64,000 nt of DNA from Rotaria socialis (lineage: Eukaryota), in assembly GCA_905331295.1 (NCBI GenBank), contig CAJNYD010000369.1, positions 1-64,000 on the forward strand, given 5' to 3'. This document shows, one piece after another, positions 21,851-32,449 of this stretch. The notes beneath the pieces were generated by a model. The model had not been told where the DNA came from, did no database searches, and saw only the letters and a program-made list of their open reading frames with translations. Position 1 is the first letter of the stretch. Each line of letters opens with the position of its first letter. Position numbers and translations under genes: made by a program.

Positions 21851-22783
21851 NNNNNNNNNNNNNNNNNNNNNNNNNNNNNNNNNNNNNNNNNNNNNNNNNN
21901 NNNNNNNNNNNNNNNNNNNNNNNNNNNNNNNNNNNNNNNNNNNNNNNNNNNNNNNNNNNNNNNNNNNNNNNNNNNNNNNNNNNNNNNNNNNNNNNNNNNN
22001 NNNNNNNNNNNNNNNNNNNNNNNNNNNNNNNNNNNNNNNNNNNNNNNNNNNNNNNNNNNNNNNNNNNNNNNNNNNNNNNNNNNNNNNNNNNNNNNNNNNN
22101 NNNNNNNNNNNNNNNNNNNNNNNNNNNNNNNNNNNNNNNNNNNNNNNNNNNNNNNNNNNNNNNNNNNNNNNNNNNNNNNNNNNNNNNNNNNNNNNNNNNN
22201 NNNNNNNNNNNNNNNNNNNNNNNNNNNNNNNNNNNNNNNNNNNNNNNNNNNNNNNNNNNNNNNNNNNNNNNNNNNNNNNNNNNNNNNNNNNNNNNNNNNN
22301 NNNNNNNNNNNNNNNNNNNNNNNNNNNNNNNNNNNNNNNNNNNNNNNNNNNNNNNNNNNNNNNNNNNNNNNNNNNNNNNNNNNNNNNNNNNNNNNNNNNN
22401 NNNNNNNNNNNNNNNNNNNNNNNNNNNNNNNNNNNNNNNNNNNNNNNNNNNNNNNNNNNNNNNNNNNNNNNNNNNNNNNNNNNNNNNNNNNNNNNNNNNN
22501 NNNNNNNNNNNNNNNNNNNNNNNNNNNNNNNNNNNNNNNNNNNNNNNNNNNNNNNNNNNNNNNNNNNNNNNNNNNNNNNNNNNNNNNNNNNNNNNNNNNN
22601 NNNNNNNNNNNNNNNNNNNNNNNNNNNNNNNNNNNNNNNNNNNNNNNNNNNNNNNNNNNNNNNNNNNNNNNNNNNNNNNNNNNNNNNNNNNNNNNNNNNN
22701 NNNNNNNNNNNNNNNNNNNNNNNNNNNNNNNNNNNNNNNNNNNNNNNNNNNNNNNNNNNNNNNNNNNNNNNNNNNNNNNNNNN
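21851..22783. other. Assembly gap (933 N)
   Basis: Run of n characters; the ORFs spanning it are artefacts. Confidence 1.
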
Positions 22784-23044
22784 TAATATTAACGAAAACA
22801 TTACTATTCATACTAATGGTGAATGTTTCCTTTAACCGTTAATATCATTCAAGAACATTGACATTAATATTAATGATTAATGAAAACATTAATTTTAAAA
22901 TTAATGTTAATGTTTTTCATTAATCATTAATATTAATGAATTAAGTTTTTCTTAGAAAACATTAACCATTAAGATTAATGGCTAATGGAAGTCATTAACT
23001 AATGTCATTAATTAAGTTCCGTTAAAAAAAATGGTCCACCCCTA
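22784..23044 (-). mobile_element. hAT-like MITE end (TAGGGGTGGACC), same family as the element at 8014
   Basis: Ends ...aattaagttccgttaaaaaaaatggtccacccta; the other end is lost in the gap. Confidence 0.55.
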
Positions 23045-23572
23045 ATAGCTAGACCTTTCTTAAAATATCGACACAATGTTGCCAAATGGCAACATCCGGT
23101 CGTAAAGGGTTAAGATCCGTCAAACTTGGGGCAAATTTTTCTTCTAAAAAAGAAAAATTGATATAGAGTGACACATATCAGGAAGTCTTCTAACATCGGG
23201 GGTCGATATCGTTTATCATGGATGGACTTTAGTACAAGGTTAATAGATGCCGTTAAATAATGCCCAAGGATTATCGACGTCGACGAAGAATGAATAAATG
23301 TACTTACTATGAATGTAAGCGAAAGGAGAAAACTAAATAAAAATGTAAACAGCGCATGTTTCATATTTCTTTTACTGCATTGATAACTGACGCATGACTC
23401 GCGTTTCGTTGCTCTTAACCAAAAAAAGACGCACACTATGTGATAGACAAGCCTTTGCATAACTCACTTCACTGATCCTAAACGTAATGGATCTTACGAG
23501 TGATAGTGTATGAAGAGATAAGAGTATAAATCAATTTGTCAGGCAACTTAGCTTCACAAAACACGTGTATGT

Positions 23573-24048
23573 CACACTAAATAAAAATGCGTCGACTATA
23601 TGTGGCGCGATTTTTGTGTCGTATATTTTTCGCGTTCTGTCTGTAGACTAGTTGTTCACCGTTTTGTTATGAATATACAGCGACATATGATCAGCATCGC
23701 TGAACGCACGAAAGATAATTTTCAAAATAAAATTTTCTTTTAAATTAATTCTTGATTGCTTTTCAATCAAGGAAATGCCATCTCGATCCATGATCTGGGA
23801 AGGGCTACACTGGATGTTCTGATGGGAATAGGACCAATGCCAAAACAGGCAGATCTGAGGATGTGATGAGATTAAATTTTCAAAAAATAAGGAAATATAC
23901 GTTTTGAAAACGACCAATAGAAAATGTGTCGGATGTGTTGTGAAAAATGCGTCGTCGTCTTGCTGGATAGAATGTGTCGCAACGAGCACCGTGTGTCGTG
24001 CTTTGTGTCGTAGTTTACGACACATCCGACACATTTTTATTTAGAGTG
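23573..24048. mobile_element. MITE with CAC.CTAAATAAAAATG TIR and tgtgtcg/cgacaca repeats; related copy at about 15885-16330
   Basis: cacactaaataaaaatgcgtcg / cgacacatttttatttagagtg; the reverse complement of 23955-24048 matches 15885-16000. Confidence 0.7.
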
Positions 24049-24519
24049 TAATCACATATGATAGACTGTAGTCAATCAATTTCTTCTTTTTTCTTCCAAC
24101 GAAGGGAATGTTATATGAAATAAAATGCGTTTGTGCCTTTGTTTGCAGTCACCTATGAGTGTGAGTGTGTATATATAATATAGAATTCTAAGCTACTTAC
24201 GACGATCGCTGTGCCAAACTTATCATGATCGCAATTTCGACTATGTTACACACTCTAAAAAGAATAGTTTTTTTTACAGAGCCTAAAAAGGATCTTATCC
24301 TCGGCACACGGTCAGATCCTTTTTTGGTTTTGTGAAAAGTAAGGTTTCGTATCAACCCCATTCATGATAATAAAAAAAAAGGGTGTCATAGCAATGGTTT
24401 TGTACAGAACCTTTTAAAAGCCATTCAAAAAAGGTTTCGTACCCAACAAAGGTTCCGTACAAAACTATTTGCACTAATCCTTCTTCCAAATTGTCTATCC
24501 ACTCAAAAATTTCATTTAA

Positions 24520-24753
24520 CCCTGTGCTGTCACCCGCGGCATGCACACTACTCGAGTATTTCTCAAAACCCGAGTGTGTATACCTCAAATGAATCAAAAG
24601 TAAGATGACGTAGTCTATAGAGTAATTTTTTTGCATTAACGAAAATCATCCTATAGACTATTTTATTCTACTTATGATTTATCTAATTCATGCCATACTT
24701 GGGTTTTCAGAAACACTAGAATAGTATGCATACAAGCGAGCGGCATCAGATGG
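24520..24753. mobile_element. piggyBac-like MITE (TTAA TSD, CC...GG ends, long imperfect TIR)
   Basis: ttaa|ccctgtgctgtcacccgcggcatgcacactactcgagtatttctcaaaaccc ... gggttttcagaaacactagaatagtatgcatacaagcgagcggcatcagatgg|ttaa. Confidence 0.7.
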
Positions 24754-24979
24754 TTAAAGCCAACTCCTCCCGTGATTTCCATAATTGAAATAACCTAAAA
24801 TATAGAAACGAATAAATATAATCATTTATATAAGATCAAACTTACTTCACTGTTATTATACTTGAAACAATCTATAATAAACAAATTAGTGAAAATGTAT
24901 TATTACGTAAAATCAGACATACCTAAAACGCCATCTCTATATTAACCTAGAATTATAAAACTAATAATTTTTTGATTTA

Positions 24980-26261
24980 TCACCCTGTCCGAAAAGTTCG
25001 TGCAACTAACCCCGGATTACATCCTTCAAGTATTTGTACTCCATCATTCTATAGAGGGCGCAATTTTATTATTACACACAAGTTTTGGTCTGGTTAGTTC
25101 TTTTCCTTCATAAGAAAAAAAACATTTTGATAGTCATGTCTGTTCATATATCAAATATCGAATATCGTGCAGTTATAAAGTTTTTCACCCGAAAAGGGCT
25201 AAACGCCACCGAAATTAGTAAGGAGTTGGATGATGTTTACAAGGACTCTGCTCCATCGTATCGCACCGTCGCAAAGTGGGTGGCTGAAATTAAAGACCCA
25301 AAACGTGGCTTCGAAGATGCACCTCGAACCGGTCGCCCATCAACCACGATCACCGATGAAAACATTGAAGCTGTAGAACGGATTGTAATGAATGATCGAC
25401 AAATCTCTGTCCATCGAGTATCTGATGAATTAGGCATTCCAAAAACCAGTGTTCATGAAATTATGAATATTCACTTAGGCATGAAAAAGGTTTGCACACT
25501 ATGGGTACCAAAGTTGCTGACGCCACTTCAACGTGCCAATCGAATGGATTGTGGTCAAGAGCTTCTTGAAGAGAGCGAAGCAGATTCGTCAAACTTTTTC
25601 GGCCGCGTCGTAACCGATGACGAGTGCTGGGTATATCACTACGACCCTCTCACCCAGATGGAAGCAAAGGTCTGGAAGAAGCCAGATGAACAGAGACCAA
25701 CTCGACCTCGTCGACAAAGATCAGCTGGAAAACTTATGATGATCATTTTCTGGGACAAATATGGCATTCTGCTCATCGACTACCTGCCACATGGAACTAC
25801 AGTCAATGGTTCTTATTATGCATCAACCATCGAACGGCTGCGTTCTGCCATCCTGGAGAAACGTCGCGGCAAGGTCAGCCGCGGGCGTGCTCATTCTTCA
25901 TGACAACGCTCCCGTTCACAAATGCAACATTGTGCAGGCTGCTATTCAAGAGGCTGGCTTCGTCGAGCTGAATCATCCGGCCTATTCTCCAGATATTGCA
26001 CCGCCTGATTACCACCTGTTCTCAAACTTGAAGAAAATCCTTCGTGGCAAGAATTTCAGCTCCGACAATGAAGCAATTTCAACTGTTGAGGACTATTTAT
26101 ATCATCTTAATTCGAATTTTTTTTTGTCAAGGTATAGAAAGTTCGATTGACCGCTGGCTGCGCGTGGTTGCTAGTGATGGTCACTACATTCAATAAATAT
26201 GATAATTGTTATTCTACGATTTAACAGTATATGAGTTGCACGAACTTTCCGGACAGGGTGA
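24980..26261 (+). mobile_element. Full-length mariner transposon (1282 bp)
   Basis: 28-bp TIR tcaccctgtccg(a/g)aaagttcgtgcaact with one mismatch; TA TSD at 24978-24979 and 26262-26263. Confidence 0.95.
25136..26196 (+). pseudogene. Mariner (DD34D-type) transposase, frameshifted
   Basis: HTH region (APSYRTVAKW, RTGRP), WVPKLL, VTDDECW, LHDNAP, HPAYSPDIAPPDY, C-terminal DGHYIQ*; frameshift near 25885 and further indels near 26120-26145. Confidence 0.93.
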
Positions 26262-26514
26262 TACTGGGAGAGAACTTACCTAAAACTGCGTATAATCATC
26301 AACCTAGAAAAAAAAATCAAATATATTAAATTATACACGATCAAACTGACCTGAAATTGCATCTTTGCGGCCTTCTATAATTAAACAAAACAAATTTCTG
26401 TTATTTTATGACATCAAATTTACCTGAAACCTTCTATATGAATGAATCAAAAACAAAGAAAAAAATTATTCATTTTCATCACTTCAAACTTACCCTAGAA
26501 TTGACAACAGGGTT

Positions 26515-27182
26515 GAAATAAAAAGTGAACCATGTGAAGTTTGGACTCCTGATCGGCGGGTTTTTTCAGTCATGAAAGCTCGTATAGAAAAACTGAGAAC
26601 GGATTTGAACTCTGAAGCCCCGATAAGCTATGGAAAGTTTGACAGAGATAATAAATCGGTGAAAAGTTAAGCGCAAAAACTATGAAACCCTGAGATAGTC
26701 TACGAAACTAACGTTGGTTTGGTCGGTATTTGAAAAAACATTAAAGCACACTAGAAAGTTAGGAAAAGTTCCGTACAAATAATAGGAAAGCTTTGAATCG
26801 TCCGCGAAACCAACACTGGTTCCGTGGATATATTACGAAACATTAAAGCCGACTAATAAGTGTCGAAAAGTTCCGCACAAATAATGCGAAACCTTCGGAT
26901 CGTTCACGAAACCAACAGTGGTTCAGTGGGTATATGACAAAGCCTTCTGCCATTTCGCAAAACTATCAGAGGATTGGTACATGACGTACGAAACTACAAA
27001 CCACCTCACGGAACCTTCGAAGAGTTCAGGCGCACAATTGCGAAACCTGATGAAATCTGCTGAACTTAAAATGGTTCTGAAAGGAGACCACGGAACGTTT
27101 TTCACTCTACGGAACTTAAAATCGTTCGGTGAAGAAATGCGAAACTATTAAGGTTCGGTAGAGTACCGATTTTTTTAGAGTA
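26515..27182. mobile_element. Degraded MITE with internal about 102-bp tandem units (cgaaacc/ggttcc-rich), similar in style to the 16608 element
   Basis: aaacattaaagc...gaaaagttccg.acaaataat..gaaa...cgaaaccaaca repeated at about 26737 and 26838; right end ggttcggtagagtaccgattttttagag. The left boundary is uncertain. Confidence 0.45.
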
Positions 27183-27278
27183 CAGTTTACCAAGATGAAG
27201 AAAATTATCACTATTTTCGCTGCCTTGTATTAATGAATAATAACAACCCCTCTCCTCTTTTTACAACAAACGCTCTTG

Positions 27279-28230
27279 TATATATATATAAAGAAGAAGG
27301 TTTGTCTGTTTGTTCTTCATGCATTTCGACACCGTGCGAGCAAATACAATGAAATTTTGCAGAGAATACCCTTTCGACCAGAAGAAGGTTATAGAGTAGT
27401 TTTCAACCTCAAATTTTAACCTCAGGAGAATGTTTCCCCTCCCCCACACTCATTGTTAAATATATTATAGTAAATGTCTTTTCCAGAGAATTTGCGCGCA
27501 TGATTGTTCTTCCAAAACTTGAGAGCAAAAGTATATTAAAACCTGAGCTTTTGCCATTCGGCACAAGACATTTTAGGATGGTCGAAAAAAAACGAATAGA
27601 ATGTATAAGACGAAGAGGAACTGTATAGATGGAAATATCCATCGAATGAAGAAAGCAAAAAGTGAGATAGAATTTCACGCCGGCCAACATGGATCGAGAT
27701 TCTGATGAGTCTGTTCGCTATGTATTTAGTTGTCGTGAGAGATAGCGTCACGGAAATATCCGTGTCAGTTCCTTGAGTGCAAAAGAAAGTCGGCAGGCTG
27801 ATCGGAGTGAGAGAGAAGGCGTGCGCGAAATTTCATCCAAGTCGTAAGAGATCGCGATTTTACTCACTTCTAATCAAATGACGCAGTTCAATGCAAATTC
27901 GAGAGTGATTGTGTCCAGGGCGGATGTGAGTGAATATGTCAGCTTGAGCTCGGTGGGAAGAGTCGTATGGAAAACGCCTAACACTCAGCGGGAACAATCC
28001 TCTTGAAAATGCCTGAGGCATGCAGGTAAAAGTCCTGTCCAAGAGGTTTCAGGCATGATGAGAAAAGTTCTGTGGAAGAGATTTGACACACGGCAGGAAA
28101 ATTTCTGTTGCAGATAGCTCACCCACAGTGGGAACATTCCTGTAGAAGACGTGTCATGCACGGCAGGAAAAGTCAGGTGGAAGATGCAAAACTTTAACTA
28201 TATTCCCTTTTCATCGGGTACCTCCGCTAG
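27279..28230 (+). mobile_element. Non-autonomous Helitron
   Basis: 5' tatatatatataaagaagaaggtttgtctgtttgttc...atgc typical of Helitron starts; 3' cgggtacctccgCTAG followed by T; no TIR or TSD; internal about 36-bp minisatellite at 27985-28185; 3' hairpin appears eroded. Confidence 0.65.
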
Positions 28231-28248
28231 TATATATATGCATATATA

Positions 28249-28959
28249 TGTTGTAGGCAAAATAGGAATTCATAAAAATTCGGAATTTGCCTAGTCAAAA
28301 TTAGAATTCTGATTCTACGTAGGCAAAATCAAGATTCTAATTTTGACCGGTTTTTTTTTCAGACAGAATTAGAATTCTAATCCTGTCCGGGCAAAATTAG
28401 AATCGGACTAGAGATAAATTCATACAGTCACATGTTTTAGTAAACGTACAGTAGATGAGAAAAATGGTTTGTCCAGTAGAATTAAAACAGCTTGTTATTG
28501 ATAATTTGAAGGACATTACATTTATTGAAGCATGTAAACTTTATGCACGTGCATCAGCAAGTGGTCGCACTTGCGATTGTAAAGGCAAATGCGTTTCGAA
28601 ACAATGTCCTTGCAAAAAAATGGAGTTTTTTCTTCGACAAAATGTCATTCAAAACGAGTTTGTTATAAAAATATGGGTGACTAGAGTAAAACATTTAGGC
28701 TTCTAATTGTAAAATGTTCAGAAAAAAAGATTTTGTTGAATAAAATATAGCTGTAACACTTAAATTTTGATTATTTTCTTTTTAAGAATTTATCTCTAAC
28801 CCGATTCTAAGTTCGCCAGGGCAGAATTAGAATTCCAATTCTGTCTGAAAAAAGAAACCGATCAAAATTAGAATCTTGATTTTGCCTAGACAGAATCAGA
28901 ATTCTAATTTTGACTAAACAAATTCCGAATTTTCCTGAATTCCAATTTTCCCTACAACG
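28249..28959 (+). mobile_element. Ginger2-like DNA transposon, internal-deletion derivative
   Basis: About 170-bp TIRs starting TGTTGTAGG; probable 4-bp TSD (tata/taca); interior retains a Cys-rich integrase C-terminus-like segment TCDCKGKCVSKQCPCKK (28569-28620). Confidence 0.7.
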
Positions 28960-30449
28960 TACATATACATCCAAAGTGAAAAAATATTTTATTCAAGGTT
29001 TACAGCAATCATAAAAGCGTCGTCAACACAAAACAATAGTTTAATAATGGAAATTTGCACCCACAAATGAATAGAATAAATGTAAGCATGATATTTGCGT
29101 ATACGAATCACTTTATATATATCTGGACCAATTATACAAATGACATCATTGTCGTGTGGCTCTTTCAGTATGTTTTTTTTAAATCAGATTCGTATTCATC
29201 TGCTGGTGATGGTGTGTGATTTTATGCTGTATCGGCACATCGAACTAAATCTTTAATATGAAAGGTACCAAATTTTACTTCTAAACAAGTCAACTCTTGA
29301 AAAAGATCTCATAATCCTTCGTCTTCAGCCACAGGAAATGTTTCAAATTGTTGAAAAAGTGACAAGACTAGCTTGCGTATATGAAATTGATGCTCAATGA
29401 AGAAAGCTAGTACTCGTTGTTTTTGTATGACTGTACGTTTGATGGCAGCATCATCAGTTGAAATAGCCAAAAAACTTCCAGCATTATCAGTCACTTAATA
29501 ATTTGTTTACCAATGGAAAATAAGAAAAAAAAGTCGCTCAGTTTTCGTTAATGTCTCCAAGTGACATCTTTCATACAATAATATCATAAGTGAAAAATCT
29601 ATTCGACATCCCATGGGATGGGATGGGACGAATCTATCATATCCCATCCCATCTCATTGGGAGTTCTGATGTGAATTTAGAACGATGGGAATCCCCACTC
29701 GCCGAAGTATTGGGAGAAACCGGATTACTGCATATATGTTCACTATAAATAGGACAGCTTTCAGGGAGAGTTTCATTCGTTTGTCTTTCAACATTTTACA
29801 AAGATCAGTTGCAAAACAAAGCCTTATTCATTCTTTCAAAGTAAGTGATGATCTGGATTTGGAAAGGAACTTGAAAGTTTCCATACGGGATACAGTTTCG
29901 TGGAGCTTTTAGTTATTAGTATATGCAAGTTGGTCATCAAAATTCTGGATATAAATAAGAATCGTTCTGTTATTTTATGTTACGCTTCCTAGATTCACGA
30001 CAGCAATATACGTAGTTACTTGTTAGAATTTAATTAAAAAAACTTTTTTTCCAAACTCTATGGAGGAGATGCGATGACAATAAATGACTCTAGAATATAT
30101 TCCTGGTCTATATTGATCTTATTATCTTTATAGAGGTTTTTCTTAGATTTGTCTCTTCTAGCCATTTTACATGATAAAAATAAAATATCCATTGTGAATC
30201 TCTAAGAAACGAAAAGCATATGCACAAAAGGCGGATATGAAAAAACATTAAAAACAGGTTAAACAAATGAAAAACCGTCAGAAAGTGTAAAAACAGGATT
30301 TTTGGTCACGAGATCATCTATTGAACAGTTTAAAAAAAGTGACAAATAATATAGGGAAACGAAAGAAAGTATAGGATATGAATAGATAATATAATGTGCG
30401 AAACAAAAATAATCGTGTTACTTTTTTCGAGGTTTAGTATTACCTTACA

Positions 30450-31241
30450 ATGAATATTAACCAAACAGCAATTCAAAAAGTGGAATCAAACATGATTAAT
30501 ACCTCTGAAAAAAGTGTCGCATGTGAGATTAAATCAGCCCATTATGCACATATACCACAATTATTCACCGAAGATACTTTACAATCGGCTAGCTGGCAAT
30601 CGTTTAAGAAGAGTTGGTTGAATCTCATGCTAGATAATTATATGAACGATAATGGTAAATATCGTTATCGTCGTTTTGCTGTATTCAATTACAGTGATCT
30701 AAATAAATGTATCTATGTTGAACCAAAACAACCGTATTATCAAGCACTTTATCATAATACACTAAATGGTGGTATACCAAGACATTATGAACAATTTGAA
30801 GAACATATATTACACAATGCAGTATTTCGAAATATTTTGTATTATCTTGTTGATGTATGCACAGAATTACAAGGTCCCGATGATTGGTTTATTGAAGCAC
30901 ATCAGATGCATATTCACTGTACAAAGAATATGACTGGTAAACCGTCACCCGAAGGTATACATCGTGACGGTAGAGATTTTGTTTTCATTGTGTTCATCGA
31001 TAGAAAAAATATTTCCGGTGGACAAACAACAGTTCTAGATCTCAATAAAATACCATTAACCCATGTTACAATGTTACAAGAATCTGAAACACTATTTCTT
31101 GATGATGAAAAATTATTCCATGGCGTATCGGAACTCGAATTGGATCAAGAAGCTGATTGTGGCTATCGAAATGTTTTAGTCATCGCATTTTTATCAAAAG
31201 CAAAAGTTAATGAAGTTATAAAAAAACCATTGAACTTATGA
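30450..31241 (+). CDS. Intronless 2OG-Fe(II) dioxygenase, PF10014 (BsmA/amino-acid hydroxylase type), bacterial-like (263 aa)
   Basis: DNYM..GKYRYRRF, YYQ...HNTLNGGIPR, EAHQMHI, PSPEGIHRDG (HxD), distal His in LFHGVS, 2OG-binding Arg in GYRNVLV. Confidence 0.88.
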   Translation: MNINQTAIQKVESNMINTSEKSVACEIKSAHYAHIPQLFTEDTLQSASWQSFKKSWLNLMLDNYMNDNGKYRYRRFAVFNYSDLNKCIYVEPKQPYYQALYHNTLNGGIPRHYEQFEEHILHNAVFRNILYYLVDVCTELQGPDDWFIEAHQMHIHCTKNMTGKPSPEGIHRDGRDFVFIVFIDRKNISGGQTTVLDLNKIPLTHVTMLQESETLFLDDEKLFHGVSELELDQEADCGYRNVLVIAFLSKAKVNEVIKKPLNL

Positions 31242-31969
31242 TGAAACAGACTTGTATTAAGTGACTTTTTACTGCATGTAATTGTGATCATTGCAGTGTA
31301 TTATCGCGGACTTTTTATTTTTTTTAGCACCTTTCCCTGGTACCCATACCTCAATCTTAAAAGAAAAAGAATACAGAATCATTAACATCTTTTTGTAATC
31401 ATAATGTATGGTGAGTAGGAGCTTATTCAAAAAGTTGAAGAATACTGATTTCAATCTCAAAGGTATTCTAATCATCATTTTTTAATAAGTTATTGTTTGT
31501 ACGCTTGTATCTGTCGAAAGCAAAATATTTAACAAGTAACTGTAATTCTTTTATTTTCTAAATAAAAAAAATTAAGCATCAGCACAAAAAATACAATATA
31601 TTTTATTAGTGCCAGTTGAGATAGTTTCATAGGTACGTTTTCAGGTGATAAGCATGAACGTTCTTGTCTTCCATATCCAGGTCAAAGGATCAGGTGTAAG
31701 ATCTTGAGAAAGCAGATAGGATCGTACAAAAAATCGTCGTCTCTGAAATGTTATATCAAGTCTTACAATAAGATCTTTCAAGAATCTGATCGTACGAGTT
31801 GATATAAGATTTCAGGGGCTAAGGTTTTTTTGTCGGATCTTATACAATCATATAAGATCAGATGTAGAATCTTATCAGATCTTAAGATCTGATTGTTTGC
31901 TCACGGTGATGGTACAGCTTTACTTTTACTACTTCTGATTGTAAGTCCTTGCCATAGTTTTATGGGCAG

Positions 31970-32276
31970 CAGTGTCGAAGGACAGAGAAATAGGAATTCC
32001 TAATGTGTCGAGGAATTGTCAGTGCCGCTCTGATAATTCCTAGAGGAAATGGGAATCAACTATGGGTTCCCTCACAGTTCCACCAATCACGAAAGTTGCG
32101 ATATTGCTGTTTTAAAAATAATTTTTGCATGAAATCATTGATTTTCACAATTTTTCAAGTGAAAATGAGTGTAAGAACAAAAATTATTGTGAATATTCCA
32201 TATTTTTACCTTTAGTATTCAAGGAACTGTAGTGGAACTGATGAGGAATTCCTAATCATCAGTCCTTGGACACCCC
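31970..32276. mobile_element. Small hAT-like MITE
   Basis: cagtgtcgaaggac...aggaattcct / aggaattcct...gtccttggacaccc. Confidence 0.45.
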
Positions 32277-32449
32277 TCACACCGATTGGATCATTTACCA
32301 AACCATTCTAGTGCTTTTAGAAGATTTCTGGATAAATGAACAAAAAAAGGAAACAATTGATCATTGATATCAATTTTATGTACGTTTCCTTGTAGCATTA
32401 AAATGCCGTTTGACTCGATGGAAAGAAAGAGAAAAATACCGTCCATCTC

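Larger units (their letters stand above)
24758..26510 (-). pseudogene. Decayed micro-exon gene candidate (run of 10-26 nt exons separated by about 50-nt GT-AG introns)
   Basis: Minus-strand exons 26424-26433, 26351-26374, 26280-26303, 24923-24946, 24846-24871 and one starting at 24794. Introns are 49, 47, 49 (after removing the mariner), 51 and 51 nt with donors gtaaat/gtcagt/gtaagt/gtatgt/gtaagt and T-rich tag acceptors. Stop codons are present. Confidence 0.5.

Noticed and set aside
21794..22835. Four ORFs of about 330 aa
   Set aside because: Artefacts of the N gap.
29140..29520. Minus-strand coding-like fragment (DNAGSFLAISTDDAAIKR...)
   Set aside because: Interrupted by stops and no family recognised; may be a pseudogene scrap but cannot be supported.
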